Origin: a bacterium
Lineage (GTDB): Bacteria > Vulcanimicrobiota > Vulcanimicrobiia > Vulcanimicrobiales > Vulcanimicrobiaceae
Reading direction: 5' to 3'
Assembly (NCBI GenBank): GCA_028869385.1
Contig: JAGWSR010000061.1
Location: forward strand, 3,526 to 67,525
DNA length: 64,000 nt
The notes below the pieces were generated by a model. The model had not been told where the DNA came from. It did not search any database and was given only the letters and a program-made list of their open reading frames with translations. Positions 42,442 to 49,131 of the stretch are shown here, one piece after another (position 1 is the stretch's first letter; each line of letters begins with the position of its first letter). Position numbers and translations under genes: made by a program.

Positions 42442-43223
42442 GCTGTCGGTGTGTTTGCGGTACGTTGCTGACGTTTGATAGCGCTTCCGTAAATACGATT
42501 GAAACGCACGGTCGTGATCACATTCTCGTCGATCTTATCGATCCCATGAGATCCGACGCTGTACCGCGCGACCCGGGTTCGACGCCACGAGCAGTTCGGT
42601 TCATCCGCGTCCCGTACCGGAGTCGCCACGTGCAAGGTGCCGTCGACAAAGAACACGCCCTGTTTATCGCCTTGCTGAATCACTCCAACAAATTGAGGGT
42701 TCCCGCTTGCGGCGACAAAGACTGCGACGGTGAGGGCGCCGGCCGTGCCGCCGCATTGCAAGGGCAGGGCCGCAACGGGGAGGTTTGAGGTCTTTTCGTA
42801 ACCTAAAGCCCCGCTGGTCGGGAACATCCAGTAGCCGCCCGCGCGGGCAGCGGGATCTCGTGTGATAGCGGCCTGGATGCCGGAGAACCTGAAGTATTTG
42901 CGGCCTCGCAAGACCGGAATCTCCCTCGTCAACGGCGCTGCGTCAACACCGGGCGACGACGCCAGCGCGAATTCCCAGTCGACGGCCGCAAATGGATGCG
43001 AGCGTCGTATTCTGAGCGTAGCTTTGCACGCGCTCCAGAGATCGCGAACGCCAAACCGAAATGCTTTCCAGTAACCCGATCTACCGGCTCGCTCATAGAG
43101 CGCATGTACGACGTTATCTGCGAAATCGGGTGGCGCAACTTTGGTAATGAGCTCGATCACCTGGCGAAAGAGAAAGCGAAGGACTTCATCGATCAGGAGC
43201 TGGGTGAAGTGATCCATGCTCAT
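42438..43223 (-). CDS. Hypothetical protein co-transcribed with PadR regulator
   Basis: ORF 42438..43223. ATG overlaps the PadR stop. No motif recognised and no TM helix. Confidence 0.4.
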   Translation of the reverse strand: MSMDHFTQLLIDEVLRFLFRQVIELITKVAPPDFADNVVHALYERAGRSGYWKAFRFGVRDLWSACKATLRIRRSHPFAAVDWEFALASSPGVDAAPLTREIPVLRGRKYFRFSGIQAAITRDPAARAGGYWMFPTSGALGYEKTSNLPVAALPLQCGGTAGALTVAVFVAASGNPQFVGVIQQGDKQGVFFVDGTLHVATPVRDADEPNCSWRRTRVARYSVGSHGIDKIDENVITTVRFNRIYGSAIKRQQRTANTPTA

Positions 43224-43546
43224 CCCTCCCCCATCGCTAGACGCAGGCGACCGACACTCTGCGTCTCAGCGAGAAATTGGTCGAGAGATCGCGAGCCCGC
43301 TCCAGTGATACGATAGACTCCGATGTCGCGGGGGCGCCCGTCGGCGGACGTCACACGCTCTTTGCGCGCGGTAACGAACCCTCGCTGACCCATCCGCTGG
43401 AGCGCCATATAGATGCTCCCGTCGTCGACCTTGCGGCCGCGATCGTCAGCTTCGAGCTGGGCGGCTATGGCAGCAACCGTGGAGTCCTGGCCACCGGAAA
43501 GGCAGGCTAGAATCAGAGCCTCGTTCATGCCGAGTGTGGTCTTCAC
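43220..43546 (-). CDS. PadR-family transcriptional regulator
   Basis: ILACLSGGQDSTVAAIAAQLE......DGSIYMALQRMGQRGFVTARKE......RDIGVYRITGAG. This is the winged-helix PadR pattern. Confidence 0.7.
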   Translation of the reverse strand: MKTTLGMNEALILACLSGGQDSTVAAIAAQLEADDRGRKVDDGSIYMALQRMGQRGFVTARKERVTSADGRPRDIGVYRITGAGSRSLDQFLAETQSVGRLRLAMGEG

Positions 43547-43609
43547 GAGGACAGTATAACACTGTAATATCGACTTGGGGAAGCGGGTAGGCGACCCAGT
43601 TCTCTAGCC

Positions 43610-43639
43610 TTGTATTGTGGCGTTTTTCTATAGTATAAT
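43610..43639 (+). promoter_or_regulatory. Sigma70-like promoter upstream of abiEi (TTGTAT-N18-TATAAT), possibly producing a leaderless mRNA
   Basis: TTGTAT at 43610-43615. TATAAT at 43634-43639. ATG 43647 is 8 nt downstream of the -10 element. Confidence 0.35.
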
Positions 43640-43646
43640 GCCATAC

Positions 43647-44279
43647 ATGGCAGTTCAGACGACGGCTGAGGCCGTTCGCCGGTATGTTCGACGCCTTGAG
43701 CCCGGAACGGTGTTCACGCCAGCGGAGCTTGTCCGGGAGCGCGTTGGTTCGGACCGAGCGGTTCGGGAGACGTTGCGACGGCTCGTCGCCGCCGGCACCG
43801 TTCGCCGCTTATCCAAGGGCTACTACGACGTCCCGCGGGTGAATGCGCGGATCGGGGTCCTGAGCCCGACCCCCGAAGCGATCATCGCTGCGCACGCTCG
43901 AAAGACCGGCGCTACGATCGAGCGCCCGGAGTTAGACGCAGCAAACCGGCTCGGACTGACGACACAGGTTGTGGCGCGCCCGATCTATCGGACGAACCTT
44001 TTCCCGCGCGAACTCAAGATCGGCGGCCAGACGATTCGCCTTCAAACGGCCGGTCCGCGTTCGCTTGCGCGCGATACGAACCCGGCAGAACTCGTTATCG
44101 ACGCGCTTCAGGCGATCGGCAAGGCCCATGTTACCGAACGTGAAGTCGCAAAGGTGCGCGAGTTCGTGCACGAGCACGGCCTTGAGAAGAAGCTCCGACA
44201 ACGGGCGCGTCGTGCTCCGTCGTGGATGCTCCCGATTATTGATGACATTCTTTCGGAAGATAACGACGCGGATGGATAG
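43647..44279 (+). CDS. abiEi: AbiEi-family type IV antitoxin / transcriptional regulator
   Basis: ORF 43617..44279. VRRYVRRLEPGTVFTPAELV....VRETLRRLVAAGTVRRLSKGYYDVP is the typical AbiEi N-terminal winged helix. It overlaps the downstream AbiEii gene by 8 nt. GTG 43617 and ATG 43638 are alternative starts. Confidence 0.7.
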   Translation: MAVQTTAEAVRRYVRRLEPGTVFTPAELVRERVGSDRAVRETLRRLVAAGTVRRLSKGYYDVPRVNARIGVLSPTPEAIIAAHARKTGATIERPELDAANRLGLTTQVVARPIYRTNLFPRELKIGGQTIRLQTAGPRSLARDTNPAELVIDALQAIGKAHVTEREVAKVREFVHEHGLEKKLRQRARRAPSWMLPIIDDILSEDNDADG

Positions 44280-45282
44280 ATTTGCTCGCTTCTCCGCTCA
44301 AGAACGTCGAGAGATTATCCAAGAGCGCGCAAGCCAGATGCGCGTTGACTTCACGATTGTGGAAAAGGACTTCTGGGTCTGCTGGACGCTCAAGTCGCTC
44401 TTCACGCTCCCCTCGGGAAATCCGGCGCTGACATTCAAGGGCGGAACGTCTCTTTCGAAAGCTTATGGACTGATTGATAGGTTTTCGGAGGATATCGACG
44501 TTGTTACGGACCCATATTTCTTCATATCAAATGGACTTCTGGATCCCGAAGAACCGAGCATCAGCAATACGCAGCGCGAGAAGCGCATGGAGCAGTTGGA
44601 TGCGGCCTGCGCTGCCTATATAGGGGAGCAGTTGCTCTCTACGTTACGGTCGCAGTTCGCAGCGCGACTAGATGCGAGCGAAGCATGGACCATTGGCGTC
44701 GACCCAACCGATAGAAACACGTTGCTCTTTAGCTATCCCAAGAGTGACCCTCGCATAGCATACGCATACCTTCGAGATGCCGTTAAAATCGAGCTCGGTT
44801 GGCGCGCGAGGAAAGCCCCATCCGAGGATAGGTCGGTTGCGCCATACTTAGCAGAGATACCCATGCTGTTGCAAGAGCCGCAAGTGATCTGCAACGTCCT
44901 TGTCCCCGACAGAACATTTTGGGAAAAGGTAACGGCGCTGCACGCCGAGAGCTTCCAAGCGAAGCAAAAGCAGTTCTTCTCGCGGCACTACTATGACGTG
45001 GCATCAATGCTACAGACGCAAGTTGGCCGGACTGCTTCTCACGATCTTGCTATGCTAGAAGATGTGCGCGCCTTCAAGAGTATCTACTACTACGCCGCAA
45101 CAGCTCATTACGATCTCGCGAAGCCAGGTTCGCTGGTCGTCGTTCCTGGCCCGGACTTGCTTCACAATCTGGCTATCGACTATCGCGACATGCGCCAAAT
45201 GTTCCTGAGCGATCCACCTCCCTTCGATTGGGTGATCGATCAGCTCAGGCCCTTCGAGAGCCAAGTGAATGGCTTGACTTAG
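44272..45282 (+). CDS. abiEii: AbiEii/AbiGii-family nucleotidyltransferase toxin (DUF1814)
   Basis: Inner ATG of ORF 43969..45282. ..EKDFWVCWTLKSLF.....LTFKGGTSLSKAYGLIDRFSEDIDV.. (the GG[TS]xL..RxSxDxD NTase motif). ..FWEKVTALH...SRHYYD. Confidence 0.8.
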   Translation: MDRFARFSAQERREIIQERASQMRVDFTIVEKDFWVCWTLKSLFTLPSGNPALTFKGGTSLSKAYGLIDRFSEDIDVVTDPYFFISNGLLDPEEPSISNTQREKRMEQLDAACAAYIGEQLLSTLRSQFAARLDASEAWTIGVDPTDRNTLLFSYPKSDPRIAYAYLRDAVKIELGWRARKAPSEDRSVAPYLAEIPMLLQEPQVICNVLVPDRTFWEKVTALHAESFQAKQKQFFSRHYYDVASMLQTQVGRTASHDLAMLEDVRAFKSIYYYAATAHYDLAKPGSLVVVPGPDLLHNLAIDYRDMRQMFLSDPPPFDWVIDQLRPFESQVNGLT

Positions 45283-45360
45283 CCCCGCCAGTCTAGATCT
45301 GCGCGAGGGCAACGCCATCTGCGGAAGGGCCGCGACCGCCTATCTTGAAAATCGACTACA

Positions 45361-45410
45361 TCGGGATGGGGCTCCCGAATAACCGCCGCCTCCGCGGCTG
45401 ATGGCTCCTG
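45361..45410 (+). promoter_or_regulatory. Fluoride riboswitch (crcB motif) RS1
   Basis: UCGGGAUGGGGCUCCCGAAUAACCGCCGCCUCCGCGGCUGAUGGCUCCUG. P1 is UCGGG/CCCGA. The pseudoknot pairs GGGGCU with GGCUCC. The conserved AACCGCC and GGCUGAUGGCUCCU blocks are present. It is followed by DUF190-crcB. Confidence 0.85.
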
Positions 45411-45441
45411 TCTATTGCATCGCTACAGACGGGAGTTTATA

Positions 45442-45783
45442 TTGTCGGAACGCGTACGCGGCACGCTCTTGCGGATCTTCGTAGACGAGCGCGAGGAGTT
45501 CGAGGGCAAGACACTTTACGCCGCCATCGTCGACATGCTGAAGAGCGACGGATTCGCCGGCGCGACGGTGCTCATGGGGCTCGAAGGTTTCGGCCCCAAA
45601 GGGATCCTTCACTCGTCGCGCGCGGTCGAGCATATGGATCATCTTCCGATTCTCATTGAAGTCATTGATGACGAAGAGAAGGTGGCGAGCGTCATACCCA
45701 GGCTCAAGGAGATGATCCCTGAAGGCCTCATCACGTTAGAGCGCCTCGACTATATGAGGCTGAGCGCTCCGAAGCATGATTGA
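45442..45783 (+). CDS. DUF190 (PII-like, COG1993) protein, crcB-associated
   Basis: ORF 45415..45783. The start is re-set to TTG 45442 (GGGAG 6 nt upstream). Sequence: LLRIFVDEREEFEGKTLYAAIVDMLKSDGFAGATVLMGLEGFG......LPILIEVID. It is a paralog of 47372..47722. Confidence 0.75.
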   Translation: MSERVRGTLLRIFVDEREEFEGKTLYAAIVDMLKSDGFAGATVLMGLEGFGPKGILHSSRAVEHMDHLPILIEVIDDEEKVASVIPRLKEMIPEGLITLERLDYMRLSAPKHD

Positions 45784-46165
45784 TTGGCGACAAACCATCG
45801 CCGTCGCCATCGGCGGTTCGTTCGGCTGTGTCTGCCGCTACATCGTCGGCCAGCTGTTCATCCAAAGGTTCGGGCCCGGGTTCCCCTACGGAACACTCTT
45901 CATCAACGTTACGGGCTCGTTCTTCATCGGCGTTATCGCACAATTGGCTTTGACGAACGCATTCGGCATTACACCACTGGTTCGCGTTTTTTTGATGACT
46001 GGAATAATTGGAGGCTACACGACTTTTTCGACGTTCGCGTTAGAGAACGTCAATCTCCTGAGCGACAGTTATTCATTGCCCGCCATCTATCTCAGTGCAT
46101 CCGTGATTCTCGGGCTCGGCGCTGCAGCACTCGGAAGAGTCGTGGGAGGTCTCCTCGTCCGCTAG
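45776..46165 (+). CDS. crcB: Fluoride ion channel CrcB/FluC
   Basis: 129 aa with four TM helices. ..GGSFGCVCRY..GTLFINVTGSFFIG..IGGYTTFSTFALE. It overlaps the DUF190 stop by 8 nt. Confidence 0.9.
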   Translation: MIDWRQTIAVAIGGSFGCVCRYIVGQLFIQRFGPGFPYGTLFINVTGSFFIGVIAQLALTNAFGITPLVRVFLMTGIIGGYTTFSTFALENVNLLSDSYSLPAIYLSASVILGLGAAALGRVVGGLLVR

Positions 46166-46704
46166 ATCGAGTGAAAGCGCTCGTGCGATTCCGTGAGCAC
46201 ACGTTTTGCGGCTGCGGCATCGCGCCATGATCCGATCTTGGTAGTTTTTCCTTCCAGCGCCTTATAGATCTCGAAGAAGTTCGAGATCTTCCTTAGCAGA
46301 TGCGGATAGAGGTCCGTGTAGCTATGGACCTCCTCGAAGATCGGCTCGCCGACCGGTACGGCGATGATCTTTTCATCTTCCTTTCCGCTATCGATCATCT
46401 CGAGCATTCCGACAGGCCTTGCTGCAATGAGGCATCCCGAAAACGTCGGCTCGACGACGAGCACTAGCACGTCTAAAGGGTCTCCATCGTGTGCGAGCGT
46501 CTGTGGCGCGAATCCGTAGTCGCCGGGATAGTACATCGCCGAATGCAATGCCCGGTCGAGGTGAAAGACGTCGTTCTTCTTGTCATATTCATATTTGTTC
46601 CGAGAGCCGGCCGGGATTTCGACGACGACGTTGATTTCGTCCGGTGGATTCTTGCCAAGCGGGAGATGAAGATACTTCGTTGCGGGCTTCTCTGCGATAT
46701 CCAT
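46162..46704 (-). CDS. ppa: Family I inorganic pyrophosphatase
   Basis: Inner ATG 46704 of ORF 46162..46839. ..VVVEIPAGSRNKYEYDK....LDRALHSAMYYPGDYGF.PQTL..DGDPLDVLVL..GMLEMIDSGKEDEKIIAV. Confidence 0.9.
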   Translation of the reverse strand: MDIAEKPATKYLHLPLGKNPPDEINVVVEIPAGSRNKYEYDKKNDVFHLDRALHSAMYYPGDYGFAPQTLAHDGDPLDVLVLVVEPTFSGCLIAARPVGMLEMIDSGKEDEKIIAVPVGEPIFEEVHSYTDLYPHLLRKISNFFEIYKALEGKTTKIGSWRDAAAAKRVLTESHERFHSI

Positions 46705-47138
46705 TATCGGATGATGGGCTCCCTGACTAGATTGATATGGAGACATTGGACAGACGAAAGACGCGCTTGTCCGGAAGCGAAACTGCTTAACACTTCCGGC
46801 GCAAGCGGTTCGACCCGAGCGACGGTGCCTGCTCGGCACTCGGGTAGAGCGCGACGCAACGCAGCCACCTTAGCGAAGCGCGCACTTCGAAAGACGTCCG
46901 CGCGGGGTATGGGGCTTTGACGGTTTATGCAAGTCGGGACTGACATGCCCTCTCGACTCTCTCCGTCAAATCCCCGCGCGAACGTTCTCACCCGACGACC
47001 GTATCTGCGATCGTCGGATCTGTTGGGCGGCGTGCTCGCGCCGCAGGCATGGCGAGATGCAACAAAAACATCGCCCAGGCGCGCGGTGTGCGCGGACCTC
47101 GGCAACGATATATGAGGGAAACGGATACAATGCGACAC
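46704..47138 (-). CDS. Riboswitch-proximal 144-codon ORF of unknown function, translationally coupled to ppa (may be non-coding leader)
   Basis: GTG 47138 lies 9 nt after a GGGAG that is sequestered by the riboswitch platform hairpin. Its stop overlaps the ppa ATG (TAATG). The protein sequence is Arg-rich with no recognisable domain. Confidence 0.3.
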   Translation of the reverse strand: MSHCIRFPHISLPRSAHTARLGDVFVASRHACGASTPPNRSDDRRYGRRVRTFARGFDGESREGMSVPTCINRQSPIPRADVFRSARFAKVAALRRALPECRAGTVARVEPLAPEVLSSFASGQARLSSVQCLHINLVREPIIR

Positions 47139-47173
47139 GCAGCGGGACTCCCGTACTCAAAGACTCTGGTTGA

Positions 47174-47219
47174 GTAGGAGCCATCAGCCCGTTACAGGCG
47201 GTAAGCGAGCCCCATCGCT
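47174..47219 (-). promoter_or_regulatory. Fluoride riboswitch (crcB motif) RS2
   Basis: Minus-strand RNA AGCGAUGGGGCUCGCUUACCGCCUGUAACGGGCUGAUGGCUCCUAC. It lies about 470 nt upstream of ppa. Confidence 0.8.
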
Positions 47220-47371
47220 GCGTTATGCGGGTGGCTTCTCGCGGGTGCGATACGTCCCCTCTCGCCGCGGCTCGCGGTTGCTGCACCAAGCAGGGCTGAT
47301 GATGACATCGCCACTGCGCGCGGGTATGATGAAGGTGCCTGCGAACCCGATAAAGATCCCGAGGTACACGT

Positions 47372-47722
47372 ATGGAAGGATTCAAGCAAGGCCAATTGCT
47401 CCGCGTGTTCGTCGACGAGCGCGACCTGCATGGTATGCAACCGATGTACACCGCCATCGTGGAGCTTCTTCGAAAGAAGCACATCGCCGGAGCCACGGTC
47501 TTTCGAGGCATCGAGGGCTATGGCCAACACGATCAGATCCATGTCGGGAAGATCTTCTCTTGGGCTCCGAATCTGCCGATCCTCATCGAGGTCGTCGAGG
47601 ACAAGGAAAAGATCGACAGCGTCCTCCCGGACATCGAGAAGATGGTTACCGAAGGGTTCGTAACGATAGAGGCAGCCGAATACTTCCGCATCAGCAAGTC
47701 GAAGTTGCAACCGCACGCGTAG
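47372..47722 (+). CDS. DUF190 (PII-like, COG1993) protein, second copy
   Basis: LLRVFVDERDLHGMQPMYTAIVELLRKKHIAGATVFRGIEGYG.....LPILIEVVED. Confidence 0.75.
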   Translation: MEGFKQGQLLRVFVDERDLHGMQPMYTAIVELLRKKHIAGATVFRGIEGYGQHDQIHVGKIFSWAPNLPILIEVVEDKEKIDSVLPDIEKMVTEGFVTIEAAEYFRISKSKLQPHA

Positions 47723-48358
47723 ATGGGGCCTCCCCGCGAGGTCGCCGCGTTCTGTGACTTCAACGGAACGATCGTCGACCGTGACATGTTGGACTACCTT
47801 GCCTCGACGACGGATAAGCGGACGGAGAGCGCTCCACTTCCGAACGAACGTGGGCACCGAGCCGACATCGCGCGCCGTGCCAAGGCTCTCACGCTTGACC
47901 GCGCCGATGCCGAGCGTCGCATCGAGGACGGCATCCATTTCGATGAGTCGTTTGTGCCGTTCATCGCCGCGTGCGAAGAGGTCGGCATCGAGCTGGTCGT
48001 GCTCACGTCTGGAATCCAGAGTCTCGTCGAGCGCTACCTGCTGCGACGAGGCATACGACTACCCATAATTGGCAACGAGGCCAACATGAATCGTAGCGGA
48101 TGGGTGGTCAAATTTCGTGACGAGAGCGTAGCAGGCATCGATAAGCGCCGTTACGTCGAGCGCGCTATAGAAGCCGGAAAGAAGACGATCGTGATCGGCG
48201 ACGACCGGTCGGACTTCGAAGCGGCCTTGGTCGCTTCTAGCATATTCGCTAAAGCGGGAAGCGAGTTGAAGCGATTTCTCGACGTGCGCGATTTGCCGTA
48301 TCATCCGTTCAGCAGTTTCGCGGAGATCCTCGAACGCTGGCCGCCAAAGACTTGGTGA
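47723..48358 (+). CDS. HAD-IB family phosphatase (MtnX/PSP-like)
   Basis: FCDFNGTIV (DxxGT nucleophile motif). ..VLTSG... ..IGDDRSDFEAA. The ATG immediately follows the DUF190 stop. Confidence 0.65.
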   Translation: MGPPREVAAFCDFNGTIVDRDMLDYLASTTDKRTESAPLPNERGHRADIARRAKALTLDRADAERRIEDGIHFDESFVPFIAACEEVGIELVVLTSGIQSLVERYLLRRGIRLPIIGNEANMNRSGWVVKFRDESVAGIDKRRYVERAIEAGKKTIVIGDDRSDFEAALVASSIFAKAGSELKRFLDVRDLPYHPFSSFAEILERWPPKTW

Positions 48359-48401
48359 CCGAAGGGTAGGGCCGCGTGAAGGGCTAAGAGACAGCCTGAC
48401 A

Positions 48402-48453
48402 CGGGGATGGGGCTCCCCGCGAACCGCCGACTCTGTCGGCTGATGGCTCCTGA
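48402..48453 (+). promoter_or_regulatory. Fluoride riboswitch (crcB motif) RS3
   Basis: CGGGGAUGGGGCUCCCCGCGAACCGCCGACUCUGUCGGCUGAUGGCUCCUGA. It is followed by an anti-SD hairpin (CUCCUGA/UCAGGAG) and ATG 48481. Confidence 0.85.
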
Positions 48454-48480
48454 TTGTTCTCGTCAACGTCAGGAGTAGCC

Positions 48481-49131
48481 ATGCCCTTCGAAGCGACGCG
48501 TCTAGAGACGCTGTTCGCGGAACTCCGCTCCACCGAATACGACGCGCGCAAGCGGCTGCTTGTCGGATTCGCCGAAGATACTGCGAAGATTGAGCGCTTT
48601 TTCGAGCGCCCCATACATAACGCGCAGCAAGAGGCGGAAGATGCCTTGGCGAGTATGGGGTCCATGCTCGAGCCGGAACTCGCAAAGAACCTCCGCCGCG
48701 AGGCATTCCATCGCATCGGCGTCACGTGTGTCAAGGCCGTGCTCGCCAACATTGCACTTCGCCTCCGCGCGCGCTTCAGGATCTACGCACGCGAGATCGC
48801 GGGCGCGGAGACGCGGATAGAGAGCGTCTTGGCATCGATGCGTCTGCCGAGCGCTCGACATTACATCCCGCGAATGTTCCCGATCCAACGTTTGCATCTT
48901 GAACCCGGCAACATCCCCGAACCGCCGGACTGTGCATCCGATGTGGGTGACTGGCTTAAGGCGTTACACGCATCCGCACGCGATCAGATCGAGCGATGTC
49001 TCGATGCCGCCGTCGCTCGCGTGCTCTCGAGCGGAACGGACCGCATGGGCGTCGTCAAGACGAGAATCGATCTCGCGCTCGTCTCGACGTCGCAGAACCG
49101 CCCGACGCGAGGCCGAGCCGAAACGCGATGA
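48481..49131 (+). CDS. Hypothetical helical protein, first gene of the RS3 operon
   Basis: Inner ATG of ORF 48454..49131 with AGGAG 6 nt upstream. No motif recognised. Its stop overlaps the enolase-paralog ATG (ATGA). Confidence 0.5.
   Translation: MPFEATRLETLFAELRSTEYDARKRLLVGFAEDTAKIERFFERPIHNAQQEAEDALASMGSMLEPELAKNLRREAFHRIGVTCVKAVLANIALRLRARFRIYAREIAGAETRIESVLASMRLPSARHYIPRMFPIQRLHLEPGNIPEPPDCASDVGDWLKALHASARDQIERCLDAAVARVLSSGTDRMGVVKTRIDLALVSTSQNRPTRGRAETR

Larger units (their letters stand above)
30585..45300. mobile_element. Integrative mobilizable element inserted at the 3' end of tRNA-Glu (int, xis, regulators, T4CP, ParA-like, relaxase, PadR, AbiE); right boundary not identified
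   Basis: The integrase gene lies 94 bp from the tRNA-Glu 3' end. The conjugative DNA-processing genes are clustered. G+C drops visibly compared with 1-30 kb. No VirB4/VirB6/VirB10-type channel genes are present. I could not find a direct repeat of the tRNA 3' end by eye. The low G+C continues to 64000, so the island may be larger. Confidence 0.6.

Noticed and set aside
45283-45360. I looked here, and elsewhere by eye, for an attR copy of the tRNA-Glu 3' end (GGGTTCGATTCCCGTTGGCGCTACCA) to close the mobile element after AbiE.
   Set aside because: No convincing match was seen, so the right boundary is left open rather than asserted. A proper string or alignment search is needed, because manual scanning of 33 kb is unreliable.
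47225-47371. A possible seventh fluoride riboswitch on the plus strand upstream of the second DUF190 gene (contains GGGCUGAUGAUGAC).
   Set aside because: Only the GCUGAUGA fragment matches. I could not find a P1 stem, a GAUGG loop, the AACCGCC block or a pseudoknot partner. It is probably chance similarity in the RS2-divergent spacer. A covariance-model scan should still be run.
46966-47757. ORFs 46966..47511(-), 47170..47757(+) and 47192..47938(-) spanning the RS2 and DUF190 region.
   Set aside because: They cut across a well-defined riboswitch and the DUF190 and HAD genes in wrong frames or on the wrong strand. The translations are low-complexity.
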